A stretch of DNA of 64,000 nt from a virus (lineage: Duplodnaviria; Heunggongvirae; Uroviricota; Caudoviricetes). Position numbers and translations under genes: made by a program. Positions 16,712 to 25,721 of this stretch are shown in pieces. Positions within the stretch are counted from its first letter, which is position 1. Every line of letters starts with the position of its first letter. The stretch lies in IMG/VR virus record IMGVR_UViG_3300047560_002175, positions 64,001 through 128,000 of that record, one strand, 5' to 3'. The notes under the pieces are model-generated. The model searched no databases. It worked only from the letters and a program-made list of their open reading frames with translations, and was not told the DNA's origin.

Positions 16712-16936
16712 TTATGCAGAAAAGTATTTAATTTGGAACAATAAGAATGCCTTTTCGTCAAGTACATCGTAATCCATAATGTAATAACCATCTGAATTTT
16801 TTATCATTTTAAAACCGTATTTGTCTTCTAACCATTGTGGGAAGTCCATATCGTTTACTTGATCAGAAGCTAAAAATTCTTCACGTGAATCACGTAAACT
16901 ATTACGATAAACTTCAGTTGAAACTGTTAGTGCCAT
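16712..16936 (-). CDS. small paralog-family protein
   Basis: ends VLDEKAFLLFQIKYFSA; promoter at 16974-17002. Confidence 0.6.
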   Translation of the reverse strand: MALTVSTEVYRNSLRDSREEFLASDQVNDMDFPQWLEDKYGFKMIKNSDGYYIMDYDVLDEKAFLLFQIKYFSA

Positions 16937-17058
16937 TACATATACTCCTTAGTTGTGTTATTAAATTTTGTATATTATAAGCAATAATAGCATATAAGTC
17001 AACGATTAAGATAACCGCAAAATTTAACTAAATACTACTATTATAAAGGAGTGCAAGG

Positions 17059-17340
17059 ATGCATGAAATATTTAAGCTAATAGGTGATTTAGGTTTCCCA
17101 ATTGCAGTAGCGTTTGCAGGTGGATACTTTGTTTATTTAACTATTCAATTATTATTAGGCGGTGTATTAGGAGCTATTAAAGGAATGGCTGGTATTATTA
17201 CTGCTCTTGATAATCGTGTTAAAACAATGAATCATGACGTTGTGCGTATAGACACAATCGTATCAAATGCACTTGGACTTAAACCAGATGTAGATCGTAT
17301 TGCTCGTGCAGACGGTAAAAATGATGCTCGGAGGGACTAA
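17059..17340 (+). CDS. single-TM plus coiled-coil protein (GFPI family, paralog A)
   Basis: LGFPIAVAFAGGYFVY..LDNRVKTMNHDVVRID; late promoter TAAATA and GGAG SD. Confidence 0.7.
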   Translation: MHEIFKLIGDLGFPIAVAFAGGYFVYLTIQLLLGGVLGAIKGMAGIITALDNRVKTMNHDVVRIDTIVSNALGLKPDVDRIARADGKNDARRD

Positions 17341-17540
17341 TGCATTACATAGATTATGTATGGCAGTTGTTTCCATGGGGTATGATTTTAGATGAAGAAA
17401 TTAATCTTGATGATTTAAAATGGGAAGATGGGGACTATTTTAGGTTAGAACGTACTACTGACGGCAGTCGTCCTGTGTTAAGAAAAGTTAAAGTAATTAG
17501 AAAGTATAAACCAGGAGAAGAATCAAATGGAAATGAGTGA
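17340..17540 (+). CDS. hypothetical protein
   Basis: 66-aa ORF translationally coupled between the two GFPI genes. Confidence 0.55.
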   Translation: MHYIDYVWQLFPWGMILDEEINLDDLKWEDGDYFRLERTTDGSRPVLRKVKVIRKYKPGEESNGNE

Positions 17541-17916
17541 AATAGTTGGACTTGTAAACAAGTATGGATTTCCAATTGTTATGGCAGTGGGAATGGGATA
17601 TATTATACGTTATGTGTGGGAATGGTCTACTAAAGAAGTTAAGCCAGTTATTAGTGAAGCTAACACTGTATTGATCGCACTTATTGATCGTATTCGTATG
17701 TTAGATAATGATTTGATCCGATTAAATCAAAAGGTAAATACAGTATTGCATTTACGTGGTAAAATTATTGAAAGTGATCGAGTTATGGAACAAGTTAAAG
17801 TTGATCGAGAAGCTTCAAAACAATTTGATAAAGCAGTACGTATGGATGACCCTAAACTACCAAAGAAGAAAGGAAAATCTGAAGACGACAGTACTGCAGC
17901 AGCTGGAGAAAGTTAA
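17527..17916 (+). CDS. single-TM plus coiled-coil protein (GFPI family, paralog B)
   Basis: YGFPIVMAVGMGYII..IDRIRMLDNDLIRLN. Confidence 0.7.
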   Translation: MEMSEIVGLVNKYGFPIVMAVGMGYIIRYVWEWSTKEVKPVISEANTVLIALIDRIRMLDNDLIRLNQKVNTVLHLRGKIIESDRVMEQVKVDREASKQFDKAVRMDDPKLPKKKGKSEDDSTAAAGES

Positions 17917-17918
17917 GA

Positions 17919-18161
17919 ATGAAAATAAGTGAGTTATTAGAAGGTATTGATTTAGATGAAGCGAGAATACCTACTAGTAAAGAATTGAAAAATGCTTTGA
18001 TGAAGAAAGGTTATACACCGAGTGAAGGTGGAGAACATATGAAGTTTCATGCACCTGACAAGTCACATCATATATCAATGCCTCGAGGGCCAAAACCGTT
18101 AAGTATTGGCCTTGCAAGGTCTGTTATGAAAAAAGCGGGAATTACTGACGCTGATTTTTAA
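17919..18161 (+). CDS. hicA: HicA-family mRNA interferase with MKIxEL N-terminal extension
   Basis: KELKNALMKKGY..GGEHMKF..ISMPRG..LSIGLARSVMKKAG; catalytic His retained. Confidence 0.78.
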   Translation: MKISELLEGIDLDEARIPTSKELKNALMKKGYTPSEGGEHMKFHAPDKSHHISMPRGPKPLSIGLARSVMKKAGITDADF

Positions 18162-18851
18162 TTACTTCTGTTGTAAGCTACGATATTCTTCTACAGTAAT
18201 AAATTCTACTAATTTTTCTATTTTATATTTTGTAGTGTTATTTGCTTTAGCGCAAGCATGTATTCCATGATATACTTCACCGTTATAGCGACAAGGTTTA
18301 GAATGTACTAAAGCGTGTTCAACACCGTATGTTTGCTGTACACCTGACTTTCCTTTATTCCACGGTTCTTTACCTTTGTTAAAATGTTCTTGTGTTTCCC
18401 ATCGCTTACGAAGTCCTTCAGAAGTTTTTGGTTTAGGTATTCCTTTCTGTTTTCCTTTTGCATTCTCGCTAATTTTTTTCCTAATCTCTAACGTATGCTT
18501 TTTACCGTAGTATCCGTTTTTCTCGCCTGTGAGTTTTTCTTTTTTACTCATAGCTTCTTGCCATGCAGGACAACTAGACATATCCCCGCCATCGCCTGAT
18601 TCTTTTTTTAAATTAGCCCATTCTTTGCTTTCTACAATATTCCATAAATCACTATAATAAATACCTTTTTCTATCAATTCTTCTTTACTGTTAGTTTCTA
18701 ATAGTATTTCTGTAGTATAGTTGTAACCATGTTTTTTAAGGTGTCTAATCCACATAGTTCCGCTACCTGGATACCTATGCGGATCTTGTTTTGTAGTTTT
18801 TCCTAAATATTTTAAACCCGTTTCGTTGTGTGTTTTAACGTACAAATACAT
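18162..18851 (-). mobile_element. free-standing GIY-YIG homing endonuclease (Seg-like) with NUMOD3-type repeats
   Basis: MYLYVKTHNETGLKYLGKT, YPGSG, NGYYGKKHTLEIRKKISE; own late promoter AATAAATAC. Confidence 0.88.
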
Positions 18852-18895
18852 TATAGTTCTCCTTTAATGTATTTATTCTCATGTGCAATGAATAG

Positions 18896-20941
18896 TTATT
18901 TTTCCGTAGCTATCCATTCTCCATTCCAGTTATCACCTAAATCTTGTTGTTTCATAAAGTCACAACGTTCAATCCATATTTTGTAGTATTTGTCCATTTG
19001 TCCACCAAAGGTGCCTTTCATAGTTTTACACATTGCAGCAGCTTCATCAAACTTCTTTTGTTTATATAAGTCGTGCATGAGGTTGTGTAAGTCTTTATCT
19101 TTACTATAATCAGCACCTTTGGTGCGTAATGCAGTATAGATTAAGTCTGCAACTGTTTTACCTTTTGGTTGTAAGTTATCTAACAGTAAGTAAAAGAAAT
19201 CGTCTTTAGTTCTGTTATATGTTTCAGCACCAATGATACATAGTACACCGTATGCTTTACAACGTGCTTCTAAACGAGCAGCAGTTGAAACCATATCACC
19301 TAAGATATCATAGCTGTGTCTATCACTAGAACCCATTTCGCCAATGAAGCCTATTCCGCTATTACACCCCCAGCCCATAGCTGCGGGTGGTAACCCTTTG
19401 GCTTCCATAATCTTAGTATATGTATCGACTGCGTCTAGCATTTCTAAGCCAACTTTAACAATAGTACGAGCATGATTTCCATCATCAATTGGAGCACCGT
19501 GAATATGCATTGATGCATCTCCTACGTACTTAATAACCATACCTTGACTATCCATAATAGGTTTACTAATACTATCCATATATCCGTTCATGTATAGACC
19601 TAGACCTGCAACATCATCGCCAAAGTGTTCACCAATTGGAGTAAATCCGCGCAAATCTGAGAACATAACTGAAACATCTTTACGTACACCTTGTTTAATT
19701 AAGTCTGGATTTTCTTGTAGCATTTCAACTACTTTTGGAGAGCAGTAGCCAGCAAATTGTTTTTTAATAGCTAGTTTTTGAGTTAGTTCATCCACAAACT
19801 TAACAGTATAAGCATGAGCATAAACAAGAGTAAATCCAGATACAACAAATGTTGCATCCAAAAGAATATTATAAGTGGTGAAAGCATAACTAAAAGCATA
19901 AGGTATACCACCAATGAAAGCAATAATAGGAACAAAGCCGTATCTCCATCTTGTTAAAAATATAGATCCAATTGCAAGTACAATAAAACCTAATAGTTCA
20001 GCACCGTCTGCATAATCAGGTCGTACAATATTAGTACCGGATACTAATGTGTCTAAAACCGCACCTTGAACTTGATGCGGAAACTGTTCTCCTCTAGCAG
20101 TTGCAACTGGGTTATTGAGTCCCCTTGCAGTAAGTCCGACAATGACGATCTTTCCGCCAAAGAATTCTGGGAGATCAGTGATTGGAAAACTTTCAGGTTG
20201 GTGGGACCAGTCAATCCAAACTCTACTATAGGGGTCTGTTGCAATTTTTCCAAACTTAGGTATTCTGACAGCTTCGACTCCAATGTCTGAGATTTTAACT
20301 TGGAAACTTGGATCTCCACTTGCGACTCTAAGTGTGTCCAGTCCAAGGCTTGGATAGAGTTTTCCTTTTGATGAAATAACCATTGGCATTCTTCGCACGA
20401 CGCCATCAAGTTCTGGGAAAGTGTTAACAATACCAGCACCAGCAATAACATCATTAAGTTCTTTAGTATTTGCTTGTATGTTTTCATAATTTACAGTAAA
20501 AGGTTGATCTTCGTTACCGATTACACTAACGCCTGGACGAAATGCAATAGTATCTGATTTTATAGGTTCGTTAGTTCCAGTTTGCGGTAAGATTACAGGA
20601 ACTGTTGTCATAAGTTTAGCTAAGACTGGGTCTTTTTTAAATCTATCAGCATCTGGCATAAAGATGTTGAATACAACTAAGCCAGCACCTCTTGAATACA
20701 ACTCTTCAATTATTTGAGCATATATATCACGTGAGAATGGGAATTGACCATACTTCTCTAATGCAGCATCGTCGATGTTTACTGTAGCAACAGATGATTC
20801 TTGTATAGGTTTACTTGTAATAAGTGTATCAAAGTATCTTAATCTCATACTTTCTACAAATGATGGATCTGCAATTCTTATAGCTGCAACTAGCATAAGA
20901 GTTAAAAGAGCAGTCCATGGGTTTAATAATATTTTCTTCAT
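18896..20941 (-). CDS. CHASE2-domain class III adenylate cyclase
   Basis: N-terminal TM, CHASE2 (YGQFPFSR, DGVVRRMP), 3 TM, SVMFSDLRGFT, KYVGDA, YDILGDMVSTAARLE; start 20941 (MKKILL) coupled by TAATG. Confidence 0.92.
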   Translation of the reverse strand: MKKILLNPWTALLTLMLVAAIRIADPSFVESMRLRYFDTLITSKPIQESSVATVNIDDAALEKYGQFPFSRDIYAQIIEELYSRGAGLVVFNIFMPDADRFKKDPVLAKLMTTVPVILPQTGTNEPIKSDTIAFRPGVSVIGNEDQPFTVNYENIQANTKELNDVIAGAGIVNTFPELDGVVRRMPMVISSKGKLYPSLGLDTLRVASGDPSFQVKISDIGVEAVRIPKFGKIATDPYSRVWIDWSHQPESFPITDLPEFFGGKIVIVGLTARGLNNPVATARGEQFPHQVQGAVLDTLVSGTNIVRPDYADGAELLGFIVLAIGSIFLTRWRYGFVPIIAFIGGIPYAFSYAFTTYNILLDATFVVSGFTLVYAHAYTVKFVDELTQKLAIKKQFAGYCSPKVVEMLQENPDLIKQGVRKDVSVMFSDLRGFTPIGEHFGDDVAGLGLYMNGYMDSISKPIMDSQGMVIKYVGDASMHIHGAPIDDGNHARTIVKVGLEMLDAVDTYTKIMEAKGLPPAAMGWGCNSGIGFIGEMGSSDRHSYDILGDMVSTAARLEARCKAYGVLCIIGAETYNRTKDDFFYLLLDNLQPKGKTVADLIYTALRTKGADYSKDKDLHNLMHDLYKQKKFDEAAAMCKTMKGTFGGQMDKYYKIWIERCDFMKQQDLGDNWNGEWIATEK

Positions 20942-21564
20942 TATTGTCCTTGTTGTACTGATATTGGTGCGCATCCGCCTGCAGTAGCGCAGTTAGAGTT
21001 TATAGAATAAATTTGTTGAGTAGCACCGCTTTGTCTTAGGTTTAAACTAGCAGGCTGTCCAGATAGAATAACTTCAGACATATGAGGTGCTGCTCCTTCT
21101 TGTATAATACTAACATTCTTATTACCACCTGAAAGATTAACTGTTGCATAATGATTACCTTCATCAGTTTGGTGAATGCTAAGTAAGTTATTATCATCAG
21201 CTACTGTAGCAAATATACCTTTCCCAAAGCTAGTAGCTGTAGTTGTAGTTTGTTCAAGATCTATAGTATTAGTGTTACCAGTTGTTGATAAATCAACAAA
21301 ATTAGTTTGCAAATCGTTAGTTCCAATTTGATTGATTGTTACACTATTACTACTACCCACACCTGTATAGTTAGTGTAGTTATTTTTTGTACCAATTTGT
21401 TCAACGGTAATTGTATTATCATTACCAGATTGCATAATAGTTGATTGATTATCAGAAGTTGGTCTTGACACAAACGTCATTACTTTAGCAACATCTGCAG
21501 GGTTTGCAGGCGGTAATGCATAACTTACTGAGGTTGCTAATAATAAAAGAAACATAAATCTCAT
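20941..21564 (-). CDS. secreted curlin-repeat (CsgA/CsgB-like) protein
   Basis: signal peptide; Q-x-G-x-x-N-x-I-x-x-x-Q repeats; C-terminal Cys pair. Confidence 0.7.
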   Translation of the reverse strand: MRFMFLLLLATSVSYALPPANPADVAKVMTFVSRPTSDNQSTIMQSGNDNTITVEQIGTKNNYTNYTGVGSSNSVTINQIGTNDLQTNFVDLSTTGNTNTIDLEQTTTTATSFGKGIFATVADDNNLLSIHQTDEGNHYATVNLSGGNKNVSIIQEGAAPHMSEVILSGQPASLNLRQSGATQQIYSINSNCATAGGCAPISVQQGQ

Positions 21565-22643
21565 TTGTGTAATACTCCGTTAGTTTGTGTAATATTTACT
21601 GTATTGCCGCCAAACCCTCCTTGACCTATAAGAGCCGATGACAGTGTGTTATCTTGTGTCACTGATACTGTAGTGTTTGAATTATATCCTTGTGTTTTAA
21701 CTTCTGAATAATGATTCATAGGTGAAATTCTGTAAGCAATTGCTTTACCCTTTTGTTCACCTTCTCCATCCGGATTTTCCCACATTAGGCAAACAGTAGT
21801 AATTGGATTACATCCATTATCAAATTTAAAGTTTAATATTGCTCGAATATGTGCGTCCATTGTTTCTTGAGTCTTTGATACTTGATTTGCTAACCTACGC
21901 GTAGCTTCTTCTTCAACTTCTTCCTGTTCTTTATCCCATTTAGTTTTAGCTGCTTCTTTAACAGCTTTTGTAAGTTCAGGAGGTTTAAGTAGAATCAACG
22001 TATTGTTGATCTTTGATTCAAGTACACTAACAATAGTTGGAGGACTAGGCATAACAGTACGACTTTGAACATACGTTGCATGGAATGCTTGATCTAATAC
22101 TACTTTACCTGCTTCATTCTCAACTTCAATTTGTCCTGACTTGCATTGATTTTCTTCAAGTTCGTATTCTTTAACTTGCTTGTCATCTTTGCAACTTGGT
22201 AACAGTACAATTAAAGATTGACCAGCTTCGTCAACTGTCATGGAAAAGTCAGTACCTCTAACTGCAATAGTAGCAGTAGGAGTTTGAATACCAACTTGTT
22301 GTGGATTAGCTTTAGCTATCTGCCCACTTGCATAACGTACAGTTCCCATACCAACTTTTAATGCAAGTTTACCTGCATCAGATTGCTTTGGATCGTAAAC
22401 AAAGTCATCTATAACTAATCGACTATTTTCTGTTACTTTAACTTTTGTATCGTCTTTGAATATTAAATTGCTAACGCAACTACCAGTAGAATACGCATCC
22501 ATACTTTCTATTGATGCGCCTTTATCACCAGTAAGTTTTTCTTTATTACGTTCAATATTACACGCAGTTCCTTTGGCATCAGATACTGAACCAATACCTG
22601 CGTGTACATTTGTAACTAAAAGAAAAAATAGTAAGATCCACAT
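21561..22643 (-). CDS. periplasmic FecR-domain protein
   Basis: signal peptide; FKDDTKVKVTENSRLVID, GTVRYASG, TPTATIAVRGTDF. Confidence 0.85.
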   Translation of the reverse strand: MWILLFFLLVTNVHAGIGSVSDAKGTACNIERNKEKLTGDKGASIESMDAYSTGSCVSNLIFKDDTKVKVTENSRLVIDDFVYDPKQSDAGKLALKVGMGTVRYASGQIAKANPQQVGIQTPTATIAVRGTDFSMTVDEAGQSLIVLLPSCKDDKQVKEYELEENQCKSGQIEVENEAGKVVLDQAFHATYVQSRTVMPSPPTIVSVLESKINNTLILLKPPELTKAVKEAAKTKWDKEQEEVEEEATRRLANQVSKTQETMDAHIRAILNFKFDNGCNPITTVCLMWENPDGEGEQKGKAIAYRISPMNHYSEVKTQGYNSNTTVSVTQDNTLSSALIGQGGFGGNTVNITQTNGVLHK

Positions 22644-23422
22644 TATCTTGCAACAGCTGATTTTTCGCCTACTATACCTAATGTTGCATCATTAGTTGAA
22701 TGTACAGTAATTGTATTGTTATTACCGGTAGTATTGATATCAATCATAGAATCATTAGACCCTTGTTGCTGTGTAACAATTGAGTTAAAGTCACCAGTGA
22801 TTAGTTGTGTAAGTTGATGTCCAATACCGCCATTATCTTGTTCGTTTATAAAAGAGTTAAAGTTACCATTTGCGGTAGTAGTATCAATTCCATTCATACT
22901 ATTTAATCTTGTAGTAATTTGGTTAGACGAACCAGTTATCGCAATTGTACTATGTATATTATCTTTAGTTAGTGATTGAATAATAAAGTTTGTATCTCCA
23001 CTAACTGTTTCATTTACTATGTTAGTAGATGACGGAGTTCCTGTAACACCAATAGTAAGTAACGTTTGATTTTGCATTCCTGTTATCAGTGATGAGTAAA
23101 TGTTATTGTTACCATTGATGTTATATTGTGCCCAGTTCCCGTCGCCTGTTTGATTAAGAGTTACTTGGTTAGTATTTCCTGTAATCGTTGCATAATTCGT
23201 TGTGGCTGCAGCACTTGGTACAAACGAAGTAATAATGTTGTTAGCACCGTAAGATATAGGAGAAACAAGTGTTGTGCCACCAACATTATTAGTTCCGCCA
23301 ATCTGATCAATAATAATTGTGTTTGTATTACCAAGTTGTTCAATGTATACATTATTAGTTCCTGTTGGTCCAGCTGCAAGTACAGAATTACTGAGTAGGA
23401 GTAGAACTAATAACTGTTTCAT
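22643..23422 (-). CDS. secreted curlin-repeat protein
   Basis: start 23422 (MKQLLVLLLL signal peptide); N-x-V-x-I-x-Q-x-G-x-x-N repeats. Confidence 0.75.
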   Translation of the reverse strand: MKQLLVLLLLSNSVLAAGPTGTNNVYIEQLGNTNTIIIDQIGGTNNVGGTTLVSPISYGANNIITSFVPSAAATTNYATITGNTNQVTLNQTGDGNWAQYNINGNNNIYSSLITGMQNQTLLTIGVTGTPSSTNIVNETVSGDTNFIIQSLTKDNIHSTIAITGSSNQITTRLNSMNGIDTTTANGNFNSFINEQDNGGIGHQLTQLITGDFNSIVTQQQGSNDSMIDINTTGNNNTITVHSTNDATLGIVGEKSAVAR

Positions 23423-24245
23423 TGCTGGTCTCCTTAGATTGTTCTTTAAAAGACCAATGTCCTTTTCTCGCTCCTTCTTTAATAGTTTCAAGCACTGCAG
23501 CTTGAATTGCCTTATTAGTTGCCTTATTAATACTTTCATTAATACTTCCACCTATTTCTGTTTCTAACATCTTTGTGTCAGAAGAGAACATTCTTAATAC
23601 ACCTACTTTATCCATATAACTTAGAACAGTTTTTGTTACTACTACCGATGTTAAAATTTCACCAGAAGTAACAGAAACTACTCTCAAGCTAACTGTAACT
23701 GTATCGCTTTGGTATTGCGTTTCACCCCCAATACCAAAGATCCTAACACCAGCACCTCCTGTGACTGTGTTAGAGTCGTACCCAACAATTGCACCTTCTG
23801 CAATAATACCAGCAAAAGTCATAGCAGGTAACGGTGTTGCAGCATCCTTTCCTTGGAACTGCTCGCGGGTTTGACGAATCATTTGCCGCTCTTTAATTAG
23901 ATTATCTAATCCAACTCTTTCTAGTACTATAAACCATCGATTATTACCTACTTCTTTTAATGCTTTAATTAAGTAATTTTCTGCACCTTGGGTAACAGCT
24001 GAACTTAAACTAGCAATATTTGGAACTGATTTACGTTGCCCAGTTTTATCATTAAATCCGTATACTGCAATTGGTATAGGACCAGTAGTAGGCGGTGCAA
24101 GTAAGTTTTCTTCTTTTTTCATAAAAGGAGTATCATCAATAATTGGATCATCAAATTGTTCACCTGTTATGAATTTTTCAATTGTGCTAGTAGTAGCGCA
24201 TCCGTAAAGTAATATGGTTGTTATTAGTATGAGTAGTTTTTTCAT
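23388..24245 (-). CDS. csgG: curli secretion channel CsgG-like lipoprotein
   Basis: lipobox LYGC; AVYGFNDKTGQRK, TQGAENYLIKAL, WFIVLERVGLDNLIKERQMIR. Confidence 0.92.
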   Translation of the reverse strand: MKKLLILITTILLYGCATTSTIEKFITGEQFDDPIIDDTPFMKKEENLLAPPTTGPIPIAVYGFNDKTGQRKSVPNIASLSSAVTQGAENYLIKALKEVGNNRWFIVLERVGLDNLIKERQMIRQTREQFQGKDAATPLPAMTFAGIIAEGAIVGYDSNTVTGGAGVRIFGIGGETQYQSDTVTVSLRVVSVTSGEILTSVVVTKTVLSYMDKVGVLRMFSSDTKMLETEIGGSINESINKATNKAIQAAVLETIKEGARKGHWSFKEQSKETSNETVISSTPTQ

Positions 24246-24253
24246 GCTTTACC

Positions 24254-24727
24254 TTAAAAATAGAAAGTGCCCGCAGGTACTTTCATCAATGTTGTTTGAT
24301 CTGGATTAAGATTATTTGTAATACTAATAACGATCATTCCTTGATCAGAGCCTTCACCTAAACTCCATGAAACTGTACTCCCTCCAAGATCGGGAATAGT
24401 TCCACATGTTATACCAGGTTCGGTACATTTAGTTCCGTCAGCAAACATACTATCAGTAAGTTGTTTTGCTAACTGTGAATATATTCTTGATTCTAAATTT
24501 GATAGAAATTTAGCTTGTGGAGTATTAAGTGCAAGAGCGTCTGCTTTGGCTTGTATTGCATCAGCAAGTGCTTTATGTTTTTCAACATTTTGCTGTTCAA
24601 GTTGTTGAATAGTTAGAGTATGATTACTATAACCAATGCCGCTAAATGCTGGGCTATTAAAGCTATGTTGGAGTTCAGCAGAATATGCTGTTGTTGATAC
24701 TAGTAGTAATGCTAATAGTTTTTTCAC
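24254..24727 (-). CDS. csgF: curli assembly factor CsgF-like protein
   Basis: signal peptide then ELQHSFNSPAFSG..; FLSNLESRIYSQLAKQL. Confidence 0.85.
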   Translation of the reverse strand: MKKLLALLLVSTTAYSAELQHSFNSPAFSGIGYSNHTLTIQQLEQQNVEKHKALADAIQAKADALALNTPQAKFLSNLESRIYSQLAKQLTDSMFADGTKCTEPGITCGTIPDLGGSTVSWSLGEGSDQGMIVISITNNLNPDQTTLMKVPAGTFYF

Positions 24728-24790
24728 TTCAGTCCCCTTTAAGTTATTATGTATTTACCTAAAAAAAGTAGTAATTTTTAGAACTGTAAT

Positions 24791-24915
24791 ATAAGAGATA
24801 AATAACTATAACAACTTAGGACCGTCACATTTATGTGCCTAAGGCGTCAAGGTTGCCCTACCTAGCAGTTTGAGATTCGCTACCTCTTATAACTGTAAAC
24901 AGGGCTTTTTTTTTG
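24791..24915 (+). ncRNA. candidate ~110-nt small RNA
   Basis: TATAAGAG/CTCTTATA closing stem, CTTAGG/CCTAAG and CACAT/ATGTG hairpin, TAAATA box at the 5' end, T-run at the 3' end. Confidence 0.4.
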
Positions 24916-24916
24916 A

Positions 24917-25324
24917 CTAATTATCAGTCTTATGAGCAAAGTTAGTAAAATAGTCTACTTCTTTGTCACCGTATGTTTTCTTAGCTGGTCTTTTCTTAGT
25001 TGGAGCTGGAGTATCAGTATCAGTAGCTTTAGTACGACCGGTACTACTAATCTTTTTTAAATCTGCATCTATTTGTTCTCTTCGTCTTTTTGCCTTTGCT
25101 TCCGGAGTATTTTGTGCAGCAAGTTCCTTATCTTTCTTTTCTTTTTCAAATTTTTTAAAAGCAGCAATATCAGCTTCGGCTTTTTGTTTTGCAGCCCATT
25201 GTTTCTTTTCTTTAGCAGTTGCATAACGTGGCGGTTGTTTTGGTTTGTCTTCTTTTTTCTCTTTTGGTTTTGGAGCCATTAGATCAAGTTCTTTTTGAGA
25301 AAACATAATTTCGTCTATTTTCAT
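24917..25324 (-). CDS. Lys-rich protein with MKIxEI N-terminus
   Basis: MKIDEIM start; late promoter upstream. Confidence 0.6.
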   Translation of the reverse strand: MKIDEIMFSQKELDLMAPKPKEKKEDKPKQPPRYATAKEKKQWAAKQKAEADIAAFKKFEKEKKDKELAAQNTPEAKAKRRREQIDADLKKISSTGRTKATDTDTPAPTKKRPAKKTYGDKEVDYFTNFAHKTDN

Positions 25325-25351
25325 AATTTAAAAATCCTATGATTAAAACTA

Positions 25352-25366
25352 TATTTATGCTAAATA
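25352..25366. promoter_or_regulatory. back-to-back T4-like late promoters
   Basis: TATTTA (minus-strand TAAATA) and TAAATA driving the divergent MKIDEI and MRIFEI genes. Confidence 0.6.
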
Positions 25367-25370
25367 CTAC

Positions 25371-25721
25371 ATGAGAATATTTGAAATTACTGCACACATG
25401 TCAATAGATCCGGATAACTACGGAACTACTATACAAAGTTGGAATAAGAAGGAACGACATAAAGTTAAAGAAATTCCAATGTCACAACTTATAACATTTG
25501 AGCATCCTGATAAGATGAAAGATCCTGCAAGTAAGCAGAATATGATGAAGATTGCTAAGGCATATCATATGGGAGAACGTATACCACCTATCATGGTTAA
25601 AAAACATGATGATAAGTATATGATATTAGATGGGCATCATAGATACTTTGCTGCAAGACTTGCAGGGATAAGATCTATCCCTGCAATCATTATACCTGAT
25701 GATAAAATTACTATTGATTAA
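25371..25721 (+). CDS. ParB/sulfiredoxin-like domain protein with MRIxEI N-terminus
   Basis: IPPIMV..YMILDGHHRYFAA. Confidence 0.78.
   Translation: MRIFEITAHMSIDPDNYGTTIQSWNKKERHKVKEIPMSQLITFEHPDKMKDPASKQNMMKIAKAYHMGERIPPIMVKKHDDKYMILDGHHRYFAARLAGIRSIPAIIIPDDKITID

Noticed and set aside
18162-18851. Intron-encoded endonuclease
   Set aside because: Flanking genes are complete and the ORF has its own late promoter and SD, so it is free-standing
20053-20487. 144-aa alternative-frame ORF inside the cyclase gene
   Set aside because: No SD and no motif; fully nested in a conserved CDS
24800-24860. Pistol or HDV-like ribozyme
   Set aside because: Superficial TTAGG/CCTAAG and GCGAAT similarities, but element order and conserved core do not fit
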